DNA from: Eledone cirrhosa
Lineage: Eukaryota
DNA: 64,000 nucleotides
Direction: 5' to 3'
NCBI GenBank assembly: GCA_964016885.1
Contig: OZ024741.1
Location: forward strand, 286,688,001-286,752,000
The notes beneath the pieces were generated by a model. It had not been told where the DNA came from. It made no database searches and saw only the letters and a program-made list of their open reading frames with translations. Shown here piece by piece: positions 26,942-44,949 of the stretch. The stretch's first letter is position 1. Every line of letters starts with the position of its first letter. A program made the translations under genes and the position numbers.

Positions 26942-27195
26942 AAAATTCAGACTACTAATAGAAGGCCGTTGCGAGTTGACCACCACTTCTACAAGTATAA
27001 ACATTTTTCCCGCTCCTATTAGTCCAAAAATTCAGATTACTAATAGAAGGCCGCAGGTTGACGACCACCACTTCTACAAGCAGAAACATTTTCCTGCTCC
27101 TATTTGTCAATAATCAACAATTCAAACTACTGATAGGAGACCACAGGCTGACTACCATTAATTCTACAAAACATTTTCCCGCTTCTACTAGTTCA
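26942..27195. repeat. Three diverged ~85-bp tandem units
   Basis: aattcagactactaatagaaggcc..ccaccacttctacaag..aaacattttcc.gct repeated. Confidence 0.7.
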
Positions 27196-27557
27196 AAATC
27201 AATAATTCGCCTTCCTTCAAAATTCACATGCTTTCCAGTTTTATGTGTCTTGTCAATGTAGGACGTCAGTATTTTCACACACAAAAATGGGTATATTAAG
27301 AGTTTACGAATCTAACGTTTTTTTTTTGTTTTGTTTTGTTTTGTTTTGTTTGAGGCGGAGGGTAACGAAAAAAATGTTGAATGGTATGTATGACTTTCAC
27401 ATAACGTTAATATAATTTTAGTCTTGGAAACTCGATAATTTCTTACTAAAAAAAACAACAAAAAAACTACGATAGCTATCAGGTTCATTCATAAATGGGA
27501 AAGAGCACCATGTTATCTTTTTGCTGGTACAACTCCTCTTTCTATTATTATTTAGTC

Positions 27558-27829
27558 AAGTATTTCTTAACCTTTTTCTATCGCGGCACCCCTTGACATT
27601 TTGAAATTCCATCTCGCAACACTAGGCCTAGTTTATAAGACAAACGAAGTTGAATTTGTGTCAAATTATCATCTCTTAGCTGCTACTATTTAATTAACTG
27701 CTGTGATTAATAAATACAAATAAAAAAAAATATCCAATCAAAATATTGTAAAACGTAAAAAAAAGTTGTTTTTCTGGATTTCTCCATGCACCCCTCGTTG
27801 ATGCCGGCACCCCAGGTTAAAAACCACTG
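27558..27829. mobile_element. hAT-type MITE
   Basis: Right TIR ggttaaaaaccactg, degenerate left TIR; 8-bp TSD atttagtc/gtttagtc. Confidence 0.6.
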
Positions 27830-28387
27830 GTTTAGTCCCAAGTCAACCTCGATTGGTATTCCAAGTCTTTTATACGGGTATCTTGACTTCATTAAAGATA
27901 CCCTTCCCTTTTTTTAAGAGAGTTGGGTGTGATTTGATGGAACTTTGGTCGTTCTTTCAAGGATATCGTGCGAGCACGTTGGTTATATTTCTATGCCAGT
28001 TTATTTTTTATGTAGGTGTAGTATGCAATTTTTTTTTTTTACAGATTATTATTGTTAATCAAATATTGTAATTAATATGAAATATAAAACACAATTTAAC
28101 AATGAACGAAAAATCACTCACCTTATAAACCACTTTAACTACAAGGTAGACACCTAGCGATTATCATGAATTAAAGCTTACCAAGGGGAGACAATTTTTA
28201 TGTTATGAAGTACGACTATCAAAATTGTGTATATAGAATTTTATTCACAGTTGTATAAATAACATTACAGATAGTTTATAATGCACCAAAATATATGATC
28301 AAAGCGAGAGAAAAAATAACAAACAAAAGCAACCAACAATTTTTTTTTTTCGTTCAGAAGGAAAAATATAATGTCTAAACCGTGTAT

Positions 28388-28757
28388 AATAATTGTTTCT
28401 ACTTTTGGCACAATTATTCCAGTGTATTACTGGTACTTTATTTATCGACCCTGTAAGGATGAAAGGCACGGTTAACCTCGGCGGGATTTGAACTCAGATC
28501 ATAAAGGGAGGTAACTCTATGCTTCAAAGCATGGCGTCCGCCCCTTTATCGATACTGCCAATCCACTATAATAATTGTTTCTACTTTTGGCACAAGGCCA
28601 GCAATTAAAGTACATTACTGGTACTTTATTTTATCGACCCCGTAAGGATGAAAGGCAAAGTTGACCTCGGCGGGATTTGAACTCAGAATGGAAAGGGCCG
28701 TAATTCTATGCGTCAAAGCATGACGTCCGACCCTCTACCAATACTGCCCATCCACTA
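28388..28757 (-). mobile_element. Two tandem tRNA-derived SINEs
   Basis: Reverse complement of the SINE consensus seen at 53100-53283, twice. Confidence 0.85.
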
Positions 28758-28829
28758 TATAAATCCACTATACAATATAAATTCATTGAACAAAAATGAT
28801 AAAGGAAACGAAAAGCAGGGGGGGGGGTG

Positions 28830-29185
28830 CATCACCAAGTGCGATAATCGGCTGCACCTCACATGTTAGCGTTAACTGCACAATTTCAGGCAAGCCAACA
28901 CGCTCGCAGCATTACCACGGGTGATGAAGAGGCTAAGGCCTTGAAATAACCAGGCAGCCTGGCGAGCCGCCAGTGAAGACAAGAATTTCACTGTCAGCGG
29001 CCTAACTCCACCGAACGTCTCGAACGTCACAGCCTGGAAAAAAATATTATTTGATAACAAATGCGACAATCGGTTACACATCACAAGAGTGAACGAAAGT
29101 TGTTGAGGCAAGCCAACACATCCGCAGCATTACCGCGAGTGATGGTGAGGCTAAGGCTCTGAAACAATCAGGCATCACCCGACAC
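28830..29185 (-). mobile_element. CRE-like non-LTR retrotransposon C-terminal (restriction-like endonuclease) fragment, partly duplicated
   Basis: FETFGG..LFQGLSLFITRGNAASVLACL motif, repeated at 29105-29175; another remnant at ~6685-6760. Confidence 0.65.
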
Positions 29186-29509
29186 CTCGGTGGTGATCAA
29201 AACGGCAACTACAATTTGATTATATGTTAAAATGGCATAATTTGAATGTCTTAAACTCTCTGGGAAAACAACTAAATTTTAACTGCTTATTTTTTCTTTA
29301 TAATGAAATTCAATTTTGTTAATGTTACCTCCACTAATTGTATTAGTGTGGGCGTGTGTTATATTTAAGTTGATTGTAAGAAAAACAACGTAAAAACATT
29401 AAGCGTCCAAATGGTTGAGTGTGTGTGTATGTATATGTGTGTGACGTCCGAGCGAGTATATTCCACCTCCAACTATCTTACCCTCCTCCGTCCCAGCCGA
29501 CAGGTTGTA

Positions 29510-29669
29510 CAGATAAAATTCCGTTATAACGAATACCATTATAACGAAATTTTTCCAATCCCCGGCCACACGCTCAATCCGTTAGGTCGATCTCGTTATA
29601 AAGAATTTTTTTTGTTACAACGAATTCTTTTTTATACCCCGTGAATTTCGTTATAATGGAATTTTACTG
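29510..29669. mobile_element. pogo/Tigger-like MITE
   Basis: TIRs cag(a)taaaattccgttataacgaa / ttcgttataatggaattttactg; TA flanks. Confidence 0.75.
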
Positions 29670-30894
29670 TATTAGTAATGTTCGAGTGGAATTTTTCTGT
29701 ATTCTAAATTCAATGAAAACGACCGATCAAGCTACTCACGAAATTAACGTGCATTCCATTAACGCATACCATCTAAGGTAAATTGCAGGGAGATTTAACG
29801 TGGTATACTGCGTGACAAGGCTGGGCTTTCTGTTACGACTGGGGGGGTTCTAGCTAAACAGACTGGAAGAACGTGAAACAAAATGTCTTGTTCAAGGATA
29901 CAATGCGACACCAAGGTCGAATCATGACCTTACGATCGTGAACCGAACACACCCAACTACTAACAAATAAATAAAAACAAGTATACACTTTTTTAAAATG
30001 CCTTTCCGAGGTGTCAGGTGATGCCCGTGAAGGTTGAATTGATGATATTTTTTTTTTTCGCTTTGATTATATATTTTTGTGCATTATATTTATAAGGTTC
30101 CTAGCAATAATTAATTGATTATATTTATGTATTTCTAGTTGATAGAAATGTAATAAACTTCGCTCCAGTTCTCATCAACACTCGATGATAGACGAAATTA
30201 ATTTATTTCCTCAAGTGGCAACAAGTTCTATTTTGAAAAGGCTTTGTACATGAATCAATGACAACGTGATTTACATTAGACTGAGAATAGCAACAAAAAC
30301 TAGGGGGAAATCATTTACCTCGTGCATCACTGTTTTCTGACATACCTGTCTAAGTAAAATGTGCATCTTTCACCAATTGCACAAGCAAGTAGAACAGACA
30401 GGCTTCTTCAGCGGATTTTGTATATATATGAAGGGAAGTTAGTGGTTATTGTTGAAGAGGATGATAATCACGACAAATACAATAATTTTGGTTAGATATA
30501 TAACTTTACTTTACTTCAGCAAAAAGAATATGATTACTTCGAATGATAAAAATATAAAGTACGATAATAGCACTCACAAATGAATAAAGTGTTAAAAAGA
30601 AAGCTTCTGTGTTGTCTATATGAAGAGGCAGATGATTCTGTGTGTGTGTGGATGAAATGTTGATGGAAGAATTACTGTCGGGTTCTTGTTGACAGGGCCG
30701 AAGTTTGTTTTTTCTTAAGTGCTACATCTCGCTACTTGCTTAAGCAAGTCGAATGAGACAAAGAAAAACTTATTTCACTTCACCTCAAGTTGGCCAGCCT
30801 CTTCAGACCACTGACGCCGACCGAGATAAAGAGAAATAGCAGCCAGATATCATTCGGGGGTCAGTATGTGCGAATAGATTTCGCTACATATATA

Positions 30895-31422
30895 TGCATG
30901 GTAGTCCCGGAACTCCTGGGGGAGTCGTAGAGGTGCCGTATTGACATATGGTATTCCCAGTGCATTTTAAAACTTGGCAGAGTCCATCCTTTTCCAGGTC
31001 TGAGTACAGCAGATTTCTTACAGAGAAGGGTTGATAGAGAGAGGAAGTGAGATACGACCTCAGTGTTATAATACAATACTCTATCGTATATAATTTTATT
31101 TTCTTGTAGGTGGCTTGTGAGGAAAACAAATGTTTGTTTGTCCTCCTTATTCCCTTTTCCACGTACACATATATACGTGCATGGCATGCACGGTCCTATA
31201 ACTCCCAAGGACCTAAAGGAGTCTTAGGGGCACTGTATCAGCAGATGGTACTTCTGGGGTATTTTAAAAACTTAGGGGCACCGTATCAGCAGATGGTGCT
31301 TCTGGTGTATTTTAAAAACTTAGGGACACCGTATTAGCAGATGGTGCTTCTGGTGTATTTTAAAAACTTAGCAGCGCCTATCTCCCCTCCTGGTCTGAAT
31401 TCAGCAGATTTCTTCCAGAGAA
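30895..31422 (+). repeat. Unassigned ~140-nt structured repeat, two copies (second has an internal ~48-bp triplication)
   Basis: 30895-31026 and 31183-31422 share gcatg..aactc..gagtc.tag..ttttaaaa..ggtctga..cagcagatttctt.cagaga; third copy inverted at 32752-32887. Confidence 0.75.
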
Positions 31423-31789
31423 GGATAGAATGTGAGAAATCAGAAGTAAGAAAGAGATGTAGAGGTAGAATCGACTCCAGAACTGACTGGAACTTTTTTT
31501 AATCAACCTGGAATGGATGAAAGGAAAAGGTGACCGCACGTATATATACATACAATGCTACAAATAGCAGTTTTATCCCACACCTCTCACTACCTTAGAG
31601 TCCGATAAAATTAGTCCTATCAGATTAAAGAAATAGCAACCAAAACCAACCAAATTGATTTAGAAGCTAGAAATAGCAGCCAGATTTCGCTAACATCACA
31701 TACTAATTAATAATCTGTAAAATTGTGGAAATACCAGCCAAATAATTTATGTTGATGACTTAAGCAATACTGATATTTTTTTCAACCAT

Positions 31790-33410
31790 TGATATAAGGC
31801 CAGCAATTTTGGTGAAAGGAAAAGTCGATTATATCGTGTGCATTACTGGTAAGGATAAAAGGCAAAACTAACCTCGACAGGATTTGAACTCAGAATGTGA
31901 AAAGTCGTAACTAAATGCCGCAAAAAATGTCAGTTGACTTTCTTCAGATACTTCCAATTCACCACTCTTAGATAATTCTAATTATGGTTTCTGATTTAGG
32001 CACAAGGCCTGCAATCTTAGGGGGGAGGGTAAAGTCGATTACATTGACTCCAGTGTGTTGTACTGTATTTTATCGACCCCATAAGGATGAAAGGCAAAGT
32101 TAACCTCGACGGGATTTGAACTACGGCCCGAGTTCAAATCACGCTGAGGTTAAACTTTGCCTTTCATCCTTATGGGGTCGATAAAATACAGTACAACACT
32201 GGAGTCAATGTAATCGACTTTACCCCCCCCCCCCCCCCCCAAAAAAAAAACGAAAGCACCAGTAATACACTGCGATAATTGTTGGCCTTGTGCCAAAAGT
32301 AGAAACATTTATTTCATTGACCCCGTAAGGATGAAAGACCAAGATAATCTCGGCGGGATTTGTACTCAGATAACTAAATACCACAAAGAATGTTGACCGA
32401 CTCCCTGCCATCCACCACTCAACTTAATTTGCATTTGAATAAATAGGAGAATAATTTTAGATCTTTCAGTCAAAGGGAAATAACTCTAAAATCACGGGCG
32501 TTTACGACACTAACTTTTTCTTTTTTTTTTTTTCCTTGATTTTCCACAAAAAATATTTATAGGCGACGAAATGATCGAGTCGATAGAATGCTTTCCTGTA
32601 TTTGTTTCGGCTCTCTGTTTCTGAGTTCAAATCTCGTTGAGGTTAACTTTGTCTTTTATTCATTCGAGGTTGATAAAAAAAATGTAGCAGTCTAGTACTG
32701 AGGTCAACTATTCCTCTATATCTCTTTCTCTCTTCTTTTTTATCACTATCAATCTCTGGAAGAAATCTACCGTATTCAGACCTGGAGAGGATTGGGGTTC
32801 GCCAGGTTTTAAAATGCCCTAGAAACGCCGTGTGTCAATACGGCACTCCTACGACTCCCCCAAATGAGTTACAGGAACATGCATGCATTATTATTGGGAT
32901 TGGCAGTATCGGTAGAGAGTCGGTGGATTGGCAGTATCGGTAGAGAGTCGGACGCCATGCTTTCCAGCATAGTTACGTCCCTTTACGATCTGAGTTCAAA
33001 TCCCGCCGAGGTTGACTTTGCCTTTCATCCTTACAGGGTCGATAAAATAAAGTACCAGTAATACACTGAGTAATTGCTGGCCTTGTGCCTAAAAGTAGAA
33101 ACAATTATTATTGGGATTTTCAAAATGTAGACTACATTTGTAATGAAATTTGCATCCTTTCAAAGAAAATGTAATCTTAGATTATCCTTTTCATGAAACG
33201 CGGTTGTGGATTTGCCAGAATTGGTAGAACGTCGGATAAAATACTATTGCAGCATTTGTTTTCACGTTCTACATTATTTAGTTCAAATCTCGCCTAAGTG
33301 ATCTTCGTCTCTTACCCCTCCGGTGTCTATAAGATAAATTAGTAGGGTTGATTTAATCAACTTTACCCTCCGCCCAAATTTATTGTCCTTGTTCTTAAAT
33401 TAGAAATCAT
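31790..33410. mobile_element. Cluster of tRNA-derived SINE copies in both orientations
   Basis: Repeated SINE core and B-box motifs. Confidence 0.8.
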
Positions 33411-33458
33411 TCTTTTACTTTTCATTACTTTTTTTATTTGAGTTAAATTATTCTGTAA

Positions 33459-33524
<66 letters not shown>

Positions 33525-33713
33525 ATGTATATATGTTTGTATGTATGTATGTAAACAGAAATAACAACACAATCGGTACAGTATATAGAAGGAATATATG
33601 AGGTTAACGCTTGAAATAGCAGGATATATATATATAACGAAGGAAATATGGTAAGGAACCAGGTGGACCATAACAAACCAAAGTACTCAATACTTAGGGT
33701 AGTAGAGTGGGTA

Positions 33714-33833
33714 ATAGGAACGAGTAGGACCCCGACGGCTGAGCTCAAGCCGTTTCGACGGCTAATTCTGGACGTCCACAATTAGCCGTCGAAACGGCTT
33801 GAGCTCAGCCGTCGGGGTCCTACTCGTTCCTAT
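33714..33833. repeat. 120-bp near-perfect palindrome containing hammerhead stems II and III
   Basis: 54-bp perfect arms; centre c-tggacgtcca-c; GAAACGGCT-TGAGCTC-AGCCGTC gives stem III with a GUC triplet. Confidence 0.85.
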
Positions 33834-34240
33834 ATATATATATATATATATATTATAATAACAGATTAATATTTGCTCTACGGGTTTATATATATACATA
33901 CAAATATGAGGTATCAAAACATATCAAATAGGTTTGATTTTTGTGCTTCTCAATAAAAAAGCTCAGTAAACTTTGCCCAGAGCTATAATAATTCAAAAGT
34001 AAAAGATATATGAATACATATAAAGAAAGAGAGTGAGAAAGGACCATATATCCCCAAAAAATACAGAATGTATTGTATATATATATATACAAAATGCCTT
34101 TATGGTAAATAAAGAAATATATATATATATATATACAAAGCCCATATTTCAAAGATAAATATGTGCTCTTTTTTTGTTTTTGAGATATGTGTTTTATATT
34201 TATACAATACATTGTGTATTCTGTTAGATATATGGTCCTT

Positions 34241-34273
<33 letters not shown>

Positions 34274-35409
34274 CTTTTACTCTTGAATTATAATTATATA
34301 TATATGCACAAAGGAATTTTAAAATGATTTTTCCACTTCATTTTATAGTTAAACGGTGTATTTTATACTTATAAAGTCAATTATTTAGTGTTGCCTTCTG
34401 GGTAAAAACAATGAATCAATTTTATTTAATCGGTTGCTTTTGATAGGATCATCAGGAAGGCGTGTTGAGGACTTTTACCATACGGATCTCACAAGAAGAA
34501 GTTTTATATCACGGTTTTTTTTCGATCTATTTCTAGTATGTTTGTTATTTTCAATAAGAGTGGTATATTGGTAGATTCTGTAGAGCATCGGACAAAATAG
34601 TTCGTAGTATTTCGTTACATGTTTTCACATGCTGAGTTCAAATTTCATCGAGATCAAATTTACCTTCCATCCTTGCGAAGCTGGTAAAAGTATGAGTGCA
34701 ATATCAAGGGCGATGGAATGCTCTCCCCCTCACCTCGCCCCACTTGCGTACACAGACACTAAACAGCCTCCACCCCAGAATTACTGACCTTGTGGCTATA
34801 GCAGAAATTATAATTTTATTATTTGAATACGTACGTAAATGAAAAGTGATCTCCCTTTGAAGGTGATGTTATATATATATAAGTTTTAATATAGATGAGA
34901 TTCTACAGGACTAGAACTGTTTCATTCTTTATATATATATATATATATATATATCATCATCATCATCATCACCGTTTTACGTCCGTTCTTCCACGCTAGC
35001 ATGGGTTAGACGGGTTGTCTTATTGTGGGCAGTGTCCGGTCGGCTGACCTTTTGCTCATACTGGAACTGATTCTGGCATGATTTCTACAGTTGGATGCCC
35101 TTCCTAACACCAACCTCAATATATATATATATATATATAATTCAATTTAGGGGTATTTTATAGTTCAAATCATTGTTTTAAAAATTTAACACCAATGGCA
35201 CTTTGCAGATAAATTAGTTAAGTAAGTTAACAAACATTGCAATCACATTTCACAACGCTATCAATCTTAATGGACCAAACTGTAGTGATTTCCATAGGTT
35301 GACGGAGGAGATAGGGCTGTCCATCTTTCTGTTGTTTTTCTTTGTCTTGTGTGCCCCCTATTTTAAATGATTATTCTAAAGACTTCAAAGCGGGCTTTTT
35401 TTTTTGCAA

Positions 35410-40512
<5,103 letters not shown>

Positions 40513-40596
40513 TCTATGACCTACACCCATCCCACTCCCCACCCTCTCCTACCACTTGTAGAGACCTATAAATACCATTTTTATTTTTTGATACCC

Positions 40597-40647
40597 AGAT
40601 TCCTGATGATTTCTAATGAATGAAACAGTTCTTGTCCTGTAGAATCT
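40597..40647 (+). ncRNA. Type-I hammerhead ribozyme
   Basis: AGATTC-CTGATGA-TTTCTAATGAAT-GAAACAG-TTCTTGTC-CTGTA-GAATCT; perfect 6-bp stem I, 4-bp stem III, GUA triplet. Confidence 0.8.
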
Positions 40648-40661
40648 CTTCTATATTAAAA

Positions 40662-41073
<412 letters not shown>

Positions 41074-41127
41074 TAAAATGAACGAACAAAATCCAGGAGG
41101 TAATTGAACATATATATATATATATAT

Positions 41128-41204
41128 GGTCGTCAAGTATGAAATTTGTAGAAATTTGTTTTTTTTCTTGAAATTTCTACAAATTTCATACTTGACGACC
41201 CAAT
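41128..41204. mobile_element. Collapsed mariner-like MITE (30-bp perfect inverted arms)
   Basis: ggtcgtcaagtatgaaatttgtagaaattt at 41128-41157 mirrored at 41171-41200; TA flanks. Confidence 0.6.
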
Positions 41205-41435
41205 ATATATATGTATATATATATAGGTTTCTGATTTAGGCAAAAAGCTAACAATTTTGTGGGAGGGGAAATCGATTAAATTGACCCATTGCATGTGTTA
41301 CTGGTATTTTATTTTATCGCACCTATAAAGGTAAAAGTTACTCTCGGCGGCATTTGAAATCAGAAAGTAAAGGTCCATAACACCATTCTGTAAAGCATGT
41401 TGCCAGACACTGTACAGATAATACCAATCCACCAT

Positions 41436-42160
41436 ATTATAAAATATAATATAATATAATAGGATATAATATAATGTAATGTAATGTAATATATAATATA
41501 ATACAAAATATGTGATGTAATGTAATATAATATATAATATAGTGTAATATAATATATAATATGATATATAATATAGTGTAATGTAATATAATATAATATA
41601 TAATATAGTGTAATACAATATAATATATAATATAATATAGTGTAATACAATATAATATATAATATAATATAGTGTAATATAATATAATATAATATATAAT
41701 ATGATATAATATAATATATAATACAATATATAATATAGTGTAATGTAATATAATATATAATATATAATATAGTGTAATATAATATATAATATGATATATA
41801 ATATATATAATATAGTGTAATACAATATAATATATAATATAATATGATATAATATAATATATAATACAATATATAATATAGTGTAATGTAATATAATATA
41901 TAATATATAATATAGTGTAATATAATATATAATATGATATATAATATAGTGTAATGTAATATAATATAATATATAATATAGTGTAATACAATATAATATA
42001 TAATATAATATAGTGTAATATAATATAATATATAATATAATATAGTGTAATATAATATATAATATAATATAGTGTAATATAATATAATATATAATATGAT
42101 ATAATATAATATAATATAATATAATATATGATATAATATAATATAATATAATATATATAA
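41436..42160. repeat. AT-rich minisatellite (TATAA units punctuated by AGTGTAAT)
   Basis: Directly visible. Confidence 0.9.
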
Positions 42161-42371
42161 CTTAGAAACAGCTACTGTATCCATAAACTGCTATTATAAA
42201 CCAAAAATTGTTGTGCGTATAGGAACAAATTGCAGACAAAGTTACATACACACACACATGCGCATGCACATGCACATGCATATGTATGAGTATAGCTATA
42301 TGTATATGTATGTATGTTTATACATATATTTATATATACATATAGATATATGTATATATTTATACATATAG

Positions 42372-44220
42372 ATATGTTTGTATCTACCTGTAGGACTGTG
42401 TATGTACGTGTGTGTGTGTATGTTTGTACCTATCTGTGGGATTGTGTATGTATGTGTATGTATATGTGTACATATGTTTGTACCTATCTGTGGGACTGTG
42501 TATGTATGTATATGTGTACATATGTTTGTACCTATCTGTGGGACTGTGTATGTATGTATATGTGTATGTGTACATAAGTTTGTACCTATGTGTGGGACTG
42601 TGTATGTATGTGTATGTGTCCATATGTTTGTACCTATCTGTGGGACTGTGTATGTATATGTGTATGTGTACATATGTTTGTACCTATCTGTGGGACTGTG
42701 TATGTATGTGTACATATGTTTGTACCTATCTGTGGGACTGTGTATGTATGTGTATGTGTACATATGTTTGTACCTATCTGTGGGACTGTGTATGTATATG
42801 TGTATGTGTACATAAGTTTGTACCTATGTGTGGGACTGTGTATGTATGTGTATGTGTCCATATGTTTGTACCTATCTGTGGGACTGTGTATGTATATGTG
42901 TATGTGTACATAAGTTTGTACCTATCTGTAGGACTGTGTATGTATGTGTATGTGTCCATATGTTTGTACCTATCTGTAGGACTGTGTATGTATGTGTATG
43001 TGTACATATGTTTGTACCTATCTGTGGGACTGTGTATGTATGTGTATGTGTACATATGTTTGTACCTATCTGTGGGACTGTGTATGTATGTGTACATATG
43101 TTTGTACCTATCTGTGGGACTGTGTATGTATATGTGTATGTGTACATATGTTTGTACCTATCTGTGGGACTGTGTATGTATATGTGTATGTGTACATAAG
43201 TTTGTACCTATCTGTGGGACTGTGTATGTATATGTGTATGTGTACATATGTTTGTACCTATCTGTGGGACTGTGTATGTATGTGTATGTGTCCATATGTT
43301 TGTACCTATCTGTGGGACTGTGTATGTATGTATATGTGTATGTGTACATATGTTTGTACCTATCTGTGGGACTGTGTATGTATGTATATGTGTACATATG
43401 TTTGTACCTATCTGTGGGACTGTGTATGTATGTATGTGTATGTGTACATATGTTTGTACCTATCTGTGGGACTGTGTATGTATGTATGTGTATGTGTACA
43501 TATGTTTGTACCTATCTGTGGGATTGTGTATGTATGTGTATGTGTACATATGTTTGTACCTATCTGTGGGACTGTGTATGTATGTGTATGTGTACATATG
43601 TTTGTACCTATCTGTGGGATTGTGTATGTATGTGTATGTGTACATATGTTTGTACCTATCTGTGGGATTGTGTATGTATGTGTATGTGTACATATGTTTG
43701 TACCTATCTGTGGGACTGTGTATGTATGTGTATGTGTACATATGTTTGTACCTATCTGTGGGACTGTGTATGTATGTATGTGTATGTGTACATATGTTTG
43801 TACCTATCTGTGGGACTGTGTATGTATGTGTATGTATACATATGTTTGTACCTATCTGTAGGACTGTGTATGTATGTGTACATATGTTTGTACCTATCTG
43901 TGGGATTGTGTATGTATGTGTATGTGTACATATGTTTGTACCTATCTGTGGGATTGTGTATGTATGTGTATGTGTACATATGTTTGTACCTATCTGTGGG
44001 ATTGTGTATGTATGTGTATGTGTACATATGTTTGTACCTATCTGTGGGATTGTGTATGTATGTGTATGTGTACATATGTTTGTACCTATCTGTGGGATTG
44101 TGTATGTATGTGTATGTGTACATATGTTTGTACCTATCTGTGGGATTGTGTATGTATGTGTTTGTGTACATATGTTTGTACCTATCTGTGGGACTGTGTA
44201 TGTATGTGTATATGTACATA
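42372..44220. repeat. Minisatellite, roughly 40 units of 40-52 bp: constant core plus variable (TATG/TG) linker
   Basis: Core catatgtttgtacctatctgtggga(c/t)tgtg repeated. Confidence 0.95.
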
Positions 44221-44304
44221 TGCATGCACATGTATAAAGATTTTCTTAGGCAATGAATGTAGGAATGACAAAGTTAATATTAACAGGACACTCTTTTCAA
44301 GTCA

Positions 44305-44310
44305 TTTATT
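44305..44310 (-). promoter_or_regulatory. Candidate polyadenylation signal of the LamG gene
   Basis: AATAAA on the minus strand ~200 nt past the stop; common hexamer in AT-rich DNA. Confidence 0.3.
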
Positions 44311-44507
44311 GTTGTTGTTATTTTTTGGAGCGAAGGGTGAGGTGGGGATGGGGGCAAAAGATATTTTCAGAATCCCAGCAAATGTAAATAAATCTGGTTT
44401 GTAGTCTCTTGATACAACGGAAGAAAGATTCATTTGTTGTAACTTCAATATATTCATATCTGTATGTCTGTCTACAACATAAATAGGGCAGGTTCATTTT
44501 AGAAATT

Positions 44508-44615
44508 TTATCTACACGTTGACACTCTGACATAATATGGATGTAATGTAGATTGTGTAGACATATGTAAATTTCTGATGCATCCATTATACTGATGAAT
44601 ACTTTTGTCTACAAC
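44508..44615 (-). CDS. LamG-domain protein, terminal coding exon
   Basis: Acceptor ttttattag|; VVDKSIHQYNGCIRNLHMSTQSTLHPYYVRVSTCR*; GCIxNL...C is the LamG C-terminal signature; phase 0 matches the previous exon. Confidence 0.8.
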   Translation of the reverse strand, partial: VVDKSIHQYNGCIRNLHMSTQSTLHPYYVRVSTCR

Positions 44616-44759
44616 CTAATAAAAGAAAAAAAATTATATTAATATATAATATTTTTATAAATAAGTATATATAATATATAATATATACATACATACATGC
44701 ATATATATATATATATCAATAATATTAATAAATGGAAACTATCTTTATAAAGCCATATT

Positions 44760-44821
44760 TATTTTATTATATATATTTCAAGGGTACCAACATATTTGGT
44801 ACGCTCTCATCAAATAAAATA
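44760..44821 (-). ncRNA. Degenerate minimal hammerhead motif in a Penelope-type repeat
   Basis: TATTTTAT-TTGATGA-gagcgtaccaa..ttggtaccctt-GAAATATATATA-ATAAAATA; same family as 2957-3020; C3>U. Confidence 0.5.
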
Positions 44822-44949
44822 CAAAAGTTGTTTTATAGATAGTGACATATTCAAAAACAAGAACTTATCATTTTAAGTTCTGTTTGAATAATTATAAATA
44901 AATTTGTTGAATAACCAACAAATTAAATAACTCTTTGCTTATATATATA

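Noticed and set aside
30895-31026. Twister or HDV assignment for the structured repeat
   Set aside because: Diagnostic pseudoknot complements and conserved core residues not found by eye
42372-44220. CRISPR-like repeat/spacer look
   Set aside because: Linkers are low-complexity (TATG)n and near-identical; no cas genes; eukaryotic context
42296-44404. Long Cys/Tyr/Val-rich ORFs (up to 614 aa)
   Set aside because: Open in several frames on both strands; artefact of the tandem repeat
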